From Escherichia phage MN03: a DNA stretch of 64,000 nt. The position numbers and the translations under genes are program-made. Positions 50,676 through 60,015 of this stretch are shown here, piece by piece. Where the stretch lies: the sequence record NC_070990.1; one strand, 5' to 3'. The stretch's first letter is position 1; each line of letters opens with the position of its first letter. The notes beneath the pieces are model-generated. The model did no database searches. It saw nothing but the letters and a program-made list of their open reading frames with translations, and was not told the DNA's origin.

Positions 50676-51779
50676 TTACAGCGCTTGCTCTAACTGATTT
50701 TCCAGATGGTCTGGAATGTACCCTGTGATATTGCTATCACTGTGACCAGACTCACGTAGTAAGTCAAAAATAGCACGGATACGTTGTTCTGGAGCGTGTC
50801 TTACTTGAGATAGATCTGCTGTACGAAGCATAACCAAAATCTCTTGATACAAGTTGTTAGCGTTCCCTCGGACATACCCAAGGAAGCCATAGAAGTCTGA
50901 CATAAGACGTAAGTCAACAAGAGCCTCTCCGTTGGAGTTGGTTCGACGTAAACGAATACGACCAGACTGTTCTACTTCATGAGAACGGCAATACAAAACA
51001 TCACGGGCCATACAATATCCTGAATGCAAATCAGATTCATCCAGATTGTAATCCAGAGGAAGGTAAGGAAGCATTGGGGCAAATCGTACAGTATTTAAGT
51101 GCTCAATAAACTGATCATTGCTCATATCTGCGTTATCTAAAGCCAGCTTCTTCAACATCAAGAAGCGGTTAACCAGATTGAGAAGTTGACCACGTTTCCA
51201 CTTAGGCTCACTGATACGGAACTCAATTGAACCGTATTGGGCAAGTGGCAGAAGGTTCAGAGATGTATATTTATCCCATGAACGAACCAGACGGTTGAAG
51301 AATTCTTCACCATCGTAGTTAAATGCGTCAGAGGCATTCATTACCTGTGCTTGTACCACTGCAAACGCAGGACAGAAATTGCTACGGTAACGATGGTAGC
51401 CTGAACACTTGAACAACATCTTTTCATAGAAGGTCCAAGCAAGGATGGTCTTCTTGAGGATATTACTATCAGCATCCCTCATATCCATATGAACGTGAGT
51501 AGAGCAACGCCAAGTCCCCTCGGCGTGCGATTCAGCTACTGCTTCACTCAGGTTGTTGATAGCGTCTAACAACTCCTGTCCGTTGTAAGGTCGTGAACAT
51601 ACCATTTCACAACCGTTACGCAGGGAACCATCCTCTGTGCAATCCCACATATCTGCTTCGATATGTTCAGAACCTTCGAGTTCAAGTTCAATACCGACAC
51701 CGCACTGAAGTGCAATTGAACTATGCGCCTCAGTTAAACGACCTTCTCGATATCCAAAAGTTTGCGCTACAGTTGTCAT
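50676..51779 (-). CDS. amidoligase-like (glutamine-synthetase-fold COOH-NH2 ligase) protein
   Basis: GVGIELELEG, DGSL, GCEMVS and THVHMD motifs. Confidence 0.5.
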   Translation of the reverse strand: MTTVAQTFGYREGRLTEAHSSIALQCGVGIELELEGSEHIEADMWDCTEDGSLRNGCEMVCSRPYNGQELLDAINNLSEAVAESHAEGTWRCSTHVHMDMRDADSNILKKTILAWTFYEKMLFKCSGYHRYRSNFCPAFAVVQAQVMNASDAFNYDGEEFFNRLVRSWDKYTSLNLLPLAQYGSIEFRISEPKWKRGQLLNLVNRFLMLKKLALDNADMSNDQFIEHLNTVRFAPMLPYLPLDYNLDESDLHSGYCMARDVLYCRSHEVEQSGRIRLRRTNSNGEALVDLRLMSDFYGFLGYVRGNANNLYQEILVMLRTADLSQVRHAPEQRIRAIFDLLRESGHSDSNITGYIPDHLENQLEQAL

Positions 51780-52393
51780 AACGAATCCACCAACGTAATA
51801 TTATAATTGCTAAGGTTTTCAGAGATGTGATGAAAATGTTCCAGAAGTCGCATCGGTTGTTGACCGTAAGAGTCACGAGGCGCTTCCAGATCTACCTGAC
51901 CTACCAGTGCACCTTTATAATGCACTTTACCATCTGTAGGATTGATGTAAATATAACGAGTAACCAATCCATCAAATTCAGGATTGAACAGACTGTAAAC
52001 CATTTCACCAGAGATCGAACGACCAATCCCCGGAGCGTTTCGAATCTTGTTACCCATCAAACCCTTCGCTCTCTGACGAACAGGATTGATATGAGTCCAG
52101 CTTACAGTGTTACCGTTATGGAACAGATAACCAACATCAGGTGATTCGAGAATCAAGGTTGGGTCGAACACTGGAATATTCATCGTAGTGTTTCGGAGAT
52201 TCCCATGCTCGTTCTTGTACCACTGCTCTACAACAAAATACAGAGCCTGTTCTGCTTCATGCGAGAAGTCATCGCTGCGGAAGTTACCGCTCTGCTCAAC
52301 ACCAATCACAAAACACGGAAGGTTGATATTGCCTGCTCGTTTAGCAATCCATGTACCATTATAGTAATGAGAAAAATCAGCTACTAAGCTCAC
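51776..52393 (-). CDS. hypothetical protein in the amidoligase cluster
   Basis: Translationally coupled to neighbours. Confidence 0.35.
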   Translation of the reverse strand: MSLVADFSHYYNGTWIAKRAGNINLPCFVIGVEQSGNFRSDDFSHEAEQALYFVVEQWYKNEHGNLRNTTMNIPVFDPTLILESPDVGYLFHNGNTVSWTHINPVRQRAKGLMGNKIRNAPGIGRSISGEMVYSLFNPEFDGLVTRYIYINPTDGKVHYKGALVGQVDLEAPRDSYGQQPMRLLEHFHHISENLSNYNITLVDSL

Positions 52394-52402
52394 GATAACC
52401 TC

Positions 52403-53209
52403 TTATGCTACCTGAAGGAGTTTGATCTGCTGGTCAGCTTCTTTAACGTTGTTCCCGTTAATGATTTCATGAAGCTTCTCAATCGGAAGGCGAGAGTGCA
52501 ATGCCATCAGAGTGGACATATCACACTGCTGAACAACCTTGTCAACCTGATCGTAAACAAACTTACGGTTTTCACGATCACTAATCCAGAAGTTAGACAG
52601 AGAGCGGTATTCAATACCATAGTCTTTATAACGGATTGCAGATGCTTTACCGTAGAGTTCTTTACGGCGAGTATCTTTGTCCATAATTACTGCTGGGAGA
52701 GACAGGAAGTAGTCACACAACACACCCAGCATCATCTGAGTTTGCAGAGTGATATCCAAAGCACCAACTACGCCAAGATGTACGTGACCACCGGCAGTAC
52801 GAAGTCCCTTATTCTGAGAAGTCGGGGATGGGTTTTTCTGACCAGTGAAGGCGTTGAAATCAGGAGTGCACCCGAAGATGAACGCTGATTCGTTAAAGGT
52901 CTTCATCTCTTCTTCAGTGAAGATGTGAGAGCTAACACCCGGAGCTGTTTCCATGTCCAGTTTGTTCAGGACATTATTGGTGAGATCAATACCACGTTGC
53001 ATGTTATCGTTAAACGCTTCAAAACCGCTCTGTGGGTCAATATCAAACTCAGCCAGTACGTTGTCCTCTTGGAGACGAACATCCTTAGCCAGAGCGATCT
53101 TATCGTCCTTAGAGCAGCCTAATAAACCGGCTACAGAAGTGATGATACCATTACTAGTACGAACGAACATTTCAGGGTCAGAGCCGATGAGGAATTTGCG
53201 CTTAGTCAT
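52403..53209 (-). CDS. hypothetical protein, possibly a second amidoligase-like enzyme
   Basis: IGSDPEMF and GGHVHLG motifs. Confidence 0.3.
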   Translation of the reverse strand: MTKRKFLIGSDPEMFVRTSNGIITSVAGLLGCSKDDKIALAKDVRLQEDNVLAEFDIDPQSGFEAFNDNMQRGIDLTNNVLNKLDMETAPGVSSHIFTEEEMKTFNESAFIFGCTPDFNAFTGQKNPSPTSQNKGLRTAGGHVHLGVVGALDITLQTQMMLGVLCDYFLSLPAVIMDKDTRRKELYGKASAIRYKDYGIEYRSLSNFWISDRENRKFVYDQVDKVVQQCDMSTLMALHSRLPIEKLHEIINGNNVKEADQQIKLLQVA

Positions 53210-54173
53210 TGTAATACTCCACTAGTTCAGAAAAGAGAGATGAGATTGTGTTACCAACTTCTTCAAGAGTAAGACCGGAATCTGCTCCAGTTCTTTGAAT
53301 CAGTCGGGATGTAAAGTTTTGTACCGTAATGTTTCCCAACTTGTCGTCTATTGCTTCACGTTTGTGACCATAACAGTTGGACCAGAGTCTTAACCACTCT
53401 GACATTGTTTCATACTCGTCTGGGTCTTGATCTTTAGCACGAGCAAATCTTCGTAAGGCATCTTGGTTGTGGTTACGAACATAACCATTCTCATTGTCGC
53501 CAACACCGAAGGGGTTTTGAACCCATACTTGCTTCGTATATTCATCAGAGTCTACAACCAAAGGAAGGAAAGCTGCTGCTGACATATTGTTGTTAATAAC
53601 AATAGAGGTGCTCTCGCTACTCCCATTGGCTCTTCCTCGTTGAGACCACCCACCGAAGAAGTCACGACCCAACCCAGCTAACACTAGAGCGATGCCGATG
53701 CGTTTACGCTTCAGCCACTCTTCCCTGTCTTCAATTCCTTCTGCTAGGAAATCCATTCCACGATATTGCCCTTCCAGAATACTACGGAAGAGCATAAGTC
53801 CTGTGAAGATCTGATCTGCTGGATGCTCACGAAGATTGACAGCAACACTGTTCGCTGAAGTGATAGTAAATACATCACGATAGCAAGACATAGAATTCAT
53901 AATGTCTGCTGTTTCAATCAAGTTCTTTTCAATATCAGATGGAACATGACCATGAAAAGAGTGGGTCCAGTAATTCAACATCTCCAATTGCAAGTTAATG
54001 TCACGGTTGAAGCGTTTATGGCGCCCATCTTCCATTACACATTCGTCATTAACATCATATACGACTTGACCTTGCATGTAGTTGTGGATACCGAAGCACC
54101 CACGACCTAAGAACTTCTGTTCCCCTAAATCCTGTTGAAGATTAAGAGGTACGATCGTTGTGGAGATTGACAT
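53202..54173 (-). CDS. hypothetical protein in the amidoligase cluster
   Basis: ORF; coupled. Confidence 0.35.
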   Translation of the reverse strand: MSISTTIVPLNLQQDLGEQKFLGRGCFGIHNYMQGQVVYDVNDECVMEDGRHKRFNRDINLQLEMLNYWTHSFHGHVPSDIEKNLIETADIMNSMSCYRDVFTITSANSVAVNLREHPADQIFTGLMLFRSILEGQYRGMDFLAEGIEDREEWLKRKRIGIALVLAGLGRDFFGGWSQRGRANGSSESTSIVINNNMSAAAFLPLVVDSDEYTKQVWVQNPFGVGDNENGYVRNHNQDALRRFARAKDQDPDEYETMSEWLRLWSNCYGHKREAIDDKLGNITVQNFTSRLIQRTGADSGLTLEEVGNTISSLFSELVEYYND

Positions 54174-54183
54174 AACTAACCTT

Positions 54184-55383
54184 TTATTTTCCTAAAAATA
54201 ATCCGCTCATAATACCATCCCACTCAGAGGATGGAATCACTGAATACTCCGAACTTTGGTCCAGAGTTCCACTACTAAATCGCTGAATAATGTTGTAGAT
54301 GTTGAACAGGTCTTTAGCCTCGGCACGAATGCCGTAGATTAGCCTGTTAGCTGTTCTCTCATTTTTAGACACGCGACGGGTAAAGTTAACCAAAAGATTA
54401 TCGCCTTTAAGTATCTCTGACCCATCTTTTACTAGATCGGGGTGCATCACTGGCAAGAACATTGAGTTGTTAACTCGCAATTCTGCTGTTTCGTCGTTCT
54501 CATAATGAATCCACTTAAAGTCTTCATCACGGAAGTGACCGCATCCATCTCTGTATGACTGTTGACGCCAAGGAACTTGAAATGCTTCAGCGTATTTATC
54601 AGCCATGCCGACTGTAAACAGCGACGCTGGGAAGATACAAGCATCCCAATCATTACCAACCAGAGTTGCTTTCGTTTCCCCTAAGAGGTTAGTGTAAGTG
54701 CTAACCATTCGTGAGTAAACATAAGCCTGAAGGATTGTCCAGCCCTCAACCAACCATTTATGAAGGAAGGTTTCAACTTGACTCTCTTCATCTTCACAAT
54801 AGAAGGTTCGGTCTAACATCAAATAGAACAGACAACGATCAGCAGGAACATTCTCAGTTGCTACACCCATAAAACCTTTTTCGTGCCAGCGTAAACAGGA
54901 GGGACGATCTTTGTCCACAAATGCTTCCATAGCTTCCAGTACAGCACGAGGTGTGGTTTGATGTTCAGGGTTTTTGTCGTTCCAACGTTCGATGTTGTTC
55001 TTAGGGGGCGTGTCTTCATCTTCATACGAACACCAACTTAAAGCTTCAGCTACATGCTTTTCATCACGCCAACGTCTAAAACCTAACATCTTCATATGAG
55101 TTCCAGAGTTCCAGATATGCTTGATTTTACACATATCCATCTCTCGGCTTAACAGGAACTCTTCCCCATCAGCACTACGAACGTTAGCTTCTTCATGCCA
55201 CACTCGAACGTGCATATTCCATCCATGAGTTGCCTCATACATGTTAGGGTCGAAGTAGTCATCATACTCTTCATCGTCTTCATCAACGCCACCGTTATAG
55301 TTGCGAAGCTGAAGGAACCCATAACAAGGAGGGTTGACTGTTAAAACATTACCTTCAGTATCTTCTAATGTTACTGGAAACAT
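54184..55383 (-). CDS. hypothetical protein in the amidoligase cluster
   Basis: ORF; acidic DEDDEEYDDYFD segment. Confidence 0.35.
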   Translation of the reverse strand: MFPVTLEDTEGNVLTVNPPCYGFLQLRNYNGGVDEDDEEYDDYFDPNMYEATHGWNMHVRVWHEEANVRSADGEEFLLSREMDMCKIKHIWNSGTHMKMLGFRRWRDEKHVAEALSWCSYEDEDTPPKNNIERWNDKNPEHQTTPRAVLEAMEAFVDKDRPSCLRWHEKGFMGVATENVPADRCLFYLMLDRTFYCEDEESQVETFLHKWLVEGWTILQAYVYSRMVSTYTNLLGETKATLVGNDWDACIFPASLFTVGMADKYAEAFQVPWRQQSYRDGCGHFRDEDFKWIHYENDETAELRVNNSMFLPVMHPDLVKDGSEILKGDNLLVNFTRRVSKNERTANRLIYGIRAEAKDLFNIYNIIQRFSSGTLDQSSEYSVIPSSEWDGIMSGLFLGK

Positions 55384-55394
55384 TATACCAACCT

Positions 55395-55757
55395 CTATTG
55401 GTTTTTAATCAACTCAATCGACTTACGAATATAAAGAATATCTCGGAAGTTTCGATAGTTGTTCATAAATTGATGCTTCTGGAACTCAGCTTCTTCCAGA
55501 GCTTTCTTTGCTTCTGCGTAGTTTTTACGGGCAAGATGTACAACCCGCTCCGGTAACACGTTTGCACGATGGATTAGATACTTATGAGCTTTCATGTTAC
55601 TTTGCTCACGAGCAATCTTACCTTTAGCAACCTTGATACCATTTGCAATCCAAGCAAGTTCTTGATCAAGCTCTTCGTTGGACATACCACCGAGGTTTGA
55701 TGCAACCTTGTTCAGAGTTTCAATATTAACGTTGCCCTTGATGGGACGTGTATTCAT
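55395..55757 (-). CDS. hypothetical protein
   Basis: ORF. Confidence 0.35.
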   Translation of the reverse strand: MNTRPIKGNVNIETLNKVASNLGGMSNEELDQELAWIANGIKVAKGKIAREQSNMKAHKYLIHRANVLPERVVHLARKNYAEAKKALEEAEFQKHQFMNNYRNFRDILYIRKSIELIKNQ

Positions 55758-55759
55758 AC

Positions 55760-55912
55760 TTACTCCTGTTGTTTACACTCGTCAATAACCCACTGATAAG
55801 TGGATTGCCCAGAAAAGAAACACTGAATAAATCCAGATGTTCTCTGCGTTACCAGTGCTAGTGCACAAATCACTACCGCTGCTGCTAGCAGTTTTAAATC
55901 TAATTTAGACAT
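55760..55912 (-). CDS. small membrane protein (50 aa)
   Basis: GAGGAA RBS; one TM segment. Confidence 0.25.
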   Translation of the reverse strand: MSKLDLKLLAAAVVICALALVTQRTSGFIQCFFSGQSTYQWVIDECKQQE

Positions 55913-55929
55913 ATTTCCTCTCGTTGAAT

Positions 55930-55956
55930 TTAAAAAAGGACTCTCCGAAAAGAGTC
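55930..55956 (-). terminator. rho-independent terminator (minus strand)
   Basis: GACTCT-TTTCGG-AGAGTC hairpin plus TTTTTT on the minus strand. Confidence 0.55.
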
Positions 55957-56020
55957 AAGCTTTAAATACAAAAAGATATTACCCAATATCTGTGGATAAC
56001 CTGCTCTTAAAATATCTATC

Positions 56021-56140
56021 CGACGGATGTTCGAGGAATGTTCCTCTCCCTAGCATCGGCCCCATACGGGAAATATATTAAGATTAGGTTAGTTGAGTCA
56101 GAATAACTCACATAGCCCTCCGAAGAAGGCTATAGGCGTT
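56021..56140. repeat. conserved noncoding element, copy A
   Basis: CGGATGTTCGAG, CTCTCCCTAGC and CTCACATAGCCCTC plus hairpin; shared with copy B. Confidence 0.5.
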
Positions 56141-56147
56141 ACTACAA

Positions 56148-56363
56148 CTAAAAATCACTTGATTTTACAAAATCATCACTAAGGATTTCGTCAATTTCTT
56201 TGTTAGTCAAGTCTTTCCTGAACCAACAACAAGGTACATCCACCCATTGACCAGAGTTGTTTTCTACAGAGCATCTATTGCCTGTCTTACTCTTGCACTT
56301 ATAGGTCTTACCTTTGTCTAGACGGTAGTGTATTCTGTAAACGATCGACACAAGTGTTATCAT
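56148..56363 (-). CDS. hypothetical Cys-containing protein
   Basis: ORF. Confidence 0.3.
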   Translation of the reverse strand: MITLVSIVYRIHYRLDKGKTYKCKSKTGNRCSVENNSGQWVDVPCCWFRKDLTNKEIDEILSDDFVKSSDF

Positions 56364-56596
56364 TACTCGCCTTTCTTAGCACGATCTTTGGCAGTTTTGC
56401 CAGTGCGGATGCGATGAGAAACGTTAACCAGAGTGCCACCATCAACTACGGTAACGCTCTTGTTTTTAGCCAGATCGAACACAGTTTTCTCTGTGCCACC
56501 CAAGCGAATTTGCTTAGGTTCGCTGAAGGTTTGGGTTGATTTGGATTGGAACTGGAACGGTTGACGGATTGCATCAATTGCACTTACTTTAGACAT
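56363..56596 (-). CDS. hypothetical basic protein
   Basis: ORF. Confidence 0.35.
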   Translation of the reverse strand: MSKVSAIDAIRQPFQFQSKSTQTFSEPKQIRLGGTEKTVFDLAKNKSVTVVDGGTLVNVSHRIRTGKTAKDRAKKGE

Positions 56597-56827
56597 AGGG
56601 GAAATTCCTTAAAAAGTCATGGCTGCGTAGAGGGAATTCCCTACGCAAATTGGGCCGCCCACAGAGAGGCGTCATAGTACTAAAAGGAGGAGAGAAGAGA
56701 GCCTATTTAGCTACTTTTTTCTGTCCGTTTACGAACCAGATAATTGAACCGTCAGGCTGTCGTTGACCGAAGCCTTTCTGGTTAATCATATCGTCATAAG
56801 AATATGCTTTACGTCTCATTTGTTTTC

Positions 56828-57082
56828 CTACGAAGTTAAGATGATTTCAGCCTTAATAAACTTCTCACCAACAACCATATCACCAGAGATGACACGTAGT
56901 TCTCCAGTGCCTATGTTAACAGCTCCAGCAGGTTGACAACCCCTGCTTTTAGCTGTCATCATATAAACCTTTTGATTTTGGCACTCTTGGAGAGTGAACA
57001 CATCTGACATATTTAGATCTCTGACGCGGAGGATTTTTTCCTCTTTGTCTTTAACTTTAATGTTAATAATGCTCATATGCAC
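56828..57082 (-). CDS. small paralog family protein (GxVF family), member 11
   Basis: LNMSDVFT motif. Confidence 0.4.
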   Translation of the reverse strand: MHMSIINIKVKDKEEKILRVRDLNMSDVFTLQECQNQKVYMMTAKSRGCQPAGAVNIGTGELRVISGDMVVGEKFIKAEIILTS

Positions 57083-57327
57083 TACTCCTGAACCACTGAC
57101 ATACGAATCATTTCTACCTGATCATCAAGACCTTTAACAGATAACACACCTGTGGAAAGGTTTACCACAGGAACCCAACCACTGGCTATACGGATGTTAC
57201 CAGAAGCATTTTCAACCCTCATATAATACTGAGGAGAGGCACTTCCGTGCTGAATCACGAAAGGGTTTCCGGGAATGATTGTTTCCAATCGAACCGTATT
57301 ATCCTTTTTCTTTGGGATGATTTTCAT
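57082..57327 (-). CDS. small paralog family protein (GxVF family), member 10
   Basis: MKIIPKK start; IIPGNPFV motif. Confidence 0.4.
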   Translation of the reverse strand: MKIIPKKKDNTVRLETIIPGNPFVIQHGSASPQYYMRVENASGNIRIASGWVPVVNLSTGVLSVKGLDDQVEMIRMSVVQE

Positions 57328-57575
57328 TATGTATTATCCACCAAAAGTTCTGCCGACACAGGAATAACTCGACAATAAATAGAAGGTGCTGTTACATTGC
57401 CATCAGACAGACGAAGAGTGATTGATCTGTCAGAGTTGATAGTAACGTTTGGACTTGCAGACACAGACCCTTTGACATACAGGGTTGCATTGTCAGGAAA
57501 CTTAAACACAGCTCCGCTGGGAAGTGAGTTGAGGTCAACTGTAGTCACTTCTTCTTTCTTGTGAGTAATCTTCAT
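57327..57575 (-). CDS. small paralog family protein (GxVF family), member 9
   Basis: Trimmed to MKITHKK; LNSLPSGAVFKF motif. Confidence 0.4.
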   Translation of the reverse strand: MKITHKKEEVTTVDLNSLPSGAVFKFPDNATLYVKGSVSASPNVTINSDRSITLRLSDGNVTAPSIYCRVIPVSAELLVDNT

Positions 57576-57576
57576 A

Positions 57577-57807
57577 TTATTTACCCTGAATAATAAGTTT
57601 AGATTCGAACAGATCAACAGTATTGGACAAAGGGACAGGAAAGAAAATATCTTTAGGGTTCCGAACACACATTGCAGAATGCTCCCCTGTTTTTATCCAG
57701 AATTTAGGGACTACATCGTCACCAGTAAAACGAAAAACATCTCCATTCTCCAAGTCAGAGAAAGTCTTGGAGGGTGTTTTGCTTTTTGGTACTAGCTCAA
57801 AATTCAT
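57577..57807 (-). CDS. small paralog family protein (GxVF family), member 8
   Basis: LENGDVFRF ... KFWIKTG. Confidence 0.4.
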   Translation of the reverse strand: MNFELVPKSKTPSKTFSDLENGDVFRFTGDDVVPKFWIKTGEHSAMCVRNPKDIFFPVPLSNTVDLFESKLIIQGK

Positions 57808-57815
57808 CTTGATTC

Positions 57816-58127
57816 CTATTTAAGTTTGAGGCTAATGTTAAGGTGCATACATGCCCTGTTCTGTACAGCAGCATAACTTCTACCAAGCATGTCAGCCATT
57901 CTCTGAATAGACATAAACCCGGCATTACGGATAAGGAACTGATCTTCTTCTTTAGACCACTTGACTCGGATTGAAGCTCTTGATATTCCGAATTTAGTGC
58001 AAGCTGTGTTAACAGCATTCTCCGTTACATTCATAATCTGAGCAACTTCTTGAACCGAGTACTCTTTGATCAGTCTCCGAAGATTTTCAATCTGCATCGG
58101 AGTCCATATAGTTCTTCGTGCTTTCAT
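57816..58127 (-). CDS. DNA-binding protein with two tandem HTH-like repeats
   Basis: Two repeats of W(T/S)xEE...L...VQExAQxMN... type. Confidence 0.4.
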   Translation of the reverse strand: MKARRTIWTPMQIENLRRLIKEYSVQEVAQIMNVTENAVNTACTKFGISRASIRVKWSKEEDQFLIRNAGFMSIQRMADMLGRSYAAVQNRACMHLNISLKLK

Positions 58128-58417
58128 ACATCCTCCAATTAAACGTTTATATAAGACTTGCTTAGATAAAGATTCAATAAAATAGGGGGAGGGGACGAAT
58201 CCTCCCTTATCCTATTAGTTAATATTGCATGTAAGATCTAACAATCGGTTGCCTTTGTAGGAATAAGCGTTATGCTAATCCAGCACTAAACTCCCGCCCC
58301 CTTAGTGGGCTGGGTTATTAAAGGGTAACGCCCTTATGGGCTAGTTACATGAATGTTAGTTTGATAGGAGATCTGAAGTCCTATCTCAAAGGACTCTCGT
58401 AAGAATCCTTCACGATA
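58128..58417. other. 290-bp structured noncoding region
   Basis: No ORF with RBS; hairpins GGGAGG...CCTCCC and AGTCCT...AGGACT. Confidence 0.3.
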
Positions 58418-58675
58418 TTACTTAAAGATAAAATGCATAACTGCATCATATGCTTTAAACAGAAGCCAACCTATTGGATAAAAAACTCCTGACAGTATTG
58501 AGATAGGCCACAACACAATTAAGAGAACAACCATCATCTCATCAGGTTCAGAGCTGGTAGACCCTGTTGTAATGACCCCTTTTAGTAGACCTTTCTTGTA
58601 TAGCAGTTTCATCACTAAGACAGAAAGGAATACTCCAATAAAGTAAACTGAGATAAAAATATCAAGTAAACCCAT
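58418..58675 (-). CDS. small multi-TM membrane protein (holin-like candidate)
   Basis: 85 aa, 2-3 predicted TM segments. Confidence 0.4.
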   Translation of the reverse strand: MGLLDIFISVYFIGVFLSVLVMKLLYKKGLLKGVITTGSTSSEPDEMMVVLLIVLWPISILSGVFYPIGWLLFKAYDAVMHFIFK

Positions 58676-58824
58676 TTAATCGTCTCTTACTTGTTCAACT
58701 TTCGTCGGCTATCTCTCCAAGCCAACCAAGTGTAGGTTTTCAGTTCTTCAAAGTCTTCTGGAGAGAATAGATAATCTTTGAAGGTGTTCCCAAACCACTC
58801 TAAAAATTCTTCAGTCATAAGATT

Positions 58825-59001
58825 CTCTTAACAAGATTGGTCACACGGCTGATCACCACATGTTTTACAGATCACTGGTGAGTAACTACAGGCAGGATAA
58901 ACAGACACCCCATCAAACGTCTCACATCCACAATCAGGACATGTACCGTTGGATTCCATGTCATCATCGTCATCTACTTCACCGCCACCAAAACAACTCA
59001 T
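58825..59001 (-). CDS. Cys-rich small protein (58 aa)
   Basis: Strong AAGGAG RBS; 10 Cys including CPDCGC and CKTCGD. Confidence 0.35.
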
Positions 59002-59010
59002 ACAGGCTCC

Positions 59011-59232
59011 TTAGTAAACTAAACCTGTAGCCTTTGCATCAGGCTGAGGGACTACTTTTGCACTAGGGCGATAGCCATCCACTGAGCCGTTCCAAAGATT
59101 GACACAGGTGATATATCCATCGTCTATGATGTCTGTTTTAATCCAGAAGTGTTTATCATGACCAAAAATACTTCCGTTTGGCAGCGTGGACAGCTCAACG
59201 GTTTTAAGTGACTGCTTAGAGTCTAGTTTCAT
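59011..59232 (-). CDS. small paralog family protein (GxVF family), member 7
   Basis: LSTLPNGSIFGHDKHFWIKTD. Confidence 0.4.
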   Translation of the reverse strand: MKLDSKQSLKTVELSTLPNGSIFGHDKHFWIKTDIIDDGYITCVNLWNGSVDGYRPSAKVVPQPDAKATGLVY

Positions 59233-59241
59233 ATAAGTTCC

Positions 59242-59439
59242 TTAATATACCAAACCATGTAAAAGAAACACCCTCTTTGTAAGCTCTGCTTTAGCTCTGT
59301 AATAAGCCTTAGAACCTAACAGGCGGCTCTTAACAAAGAACTTAATGTCATTGCTAACATCTTGTATTAAACGCTCCTGTACAGTTTCTGAGGAGTTATT
59401 AATCGAATCAATTAACACCTTTGTAGATGTGTAATTCAT
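59242..59439 (-). CDS. hypothetical protein
   Basis: Trimmed to an internal ATG next to the lipoprotein stop. Confidence 0.3.
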   Translation of the reverse strand: MNYTSTKVLIDSINNSSETVQERLIQDVSNDIKFFVKSRLLGSKAYYRAKAELTKRVFLLHGLVY

Positions 59440-59440
59440 A

Positions 59441-59740
59441 TCACCACTCCTTACCAGTGGTAACTGTAGAGCCACCACACCACAACGCTGTATCAATCAC
59501 AACATTATCCGGTGTAGATTTCTCTTCGTTGACAGAGGGGTTAGCATTAGAGCAGGTTGCTCCGTTCCAGCGCATATCAATTTCACCAGAAGGAACCTTC
59601 TCACCTTTATGCCAGCGAGAAACACAAACACCTTCCACTGCTACTGCACACCATCCATCAGGACGGCTCTGTACGCAGCCTGTAAGGGCTATGCAGACAA
59701 GGAAGATACAGATTAGGGATATTACACCACCCCAACTCAT
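59441..59740 (-). CDS. predicted lipoprotein
   Basis: Signal peptide with lipobox ALTGC; Cys-rich mature part. Confidence 0.5.
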   Translation of the reverse strand: MSWGGVISLICIFLVCIALTGCVQSRPDGWCAVAVEGVCVSRWHKGEKVPSGEIDMRWNGATCSNANPSVNEEKSTPDNVVIDTALWCGGSTVTTGKEW

Positions 59741-59759
59741 AACTGCCTCCTATTAGATT

Positions 59760-59835
59760 TGGTGCGCCCTACAGGACTCGAACCTGTAACCAATAGCTTA
59801 GAAGGCTACTGCTCTATCCATTGAGCTAAGAGCGC
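59760..59835 (-). tRNA. tRNA-Arg(UCU): tRNA-Arg (anticodon UCU)
   Basis: Manual fold: acceptor GCGCTCT/AGGGCGC, D-arm GCTC/GAGC, anticodon stem GTAGC/GCTAT with loop CTTCTAA, T-arm ACAGG-TTCGAGT-CCTGT, discriminator A, encoded CCA. Confidence 0.85.
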
Positions 59836-59843
59836 AGAATTAT

Positions 59844-60008
59844 TTAGATCATATCTCGCTTGGTGATATGACCACATGTTTTACATCGAAGTATATAACG
59901 AGTACCTGTGTCTTCTATTTGACCGATCTCATTGTATATGTGTAAACGAATTTCTTTTATTGTCTCCCAATCATGGAGATGGAAGAAACGTTTAAACCAC
60001 TTGAACAT
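59844..60008 (-). CDS. zinc-ribbon protein
   Basis: CKTCGH motif. Confidence 0.3.
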   Translation of the reverse strand: MFKWFKRFFHLHDWETIKEIRLHIYNEIGQIEDTGTRYILRCKTCGHITKRDMI

Positions 60009-60015
60009 ATTAACC

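Noticed and set aside
56040-56060. T7-like promoter resemblance (TAGGGAGA) within the conserved elements
   Set aside because: The upstream TATA/ACTCACTA part of single-subunit RNA polymerase promoters is absent and no T7-like RNA polymerase gene is in the window.
58128-58417. Possible second tRNA or tRNA-like structure in the 290-bp noncoding region
   Set aside because: I could not fold a cloverleaf with a paired acceptor stem; only isolated hairpins are present.
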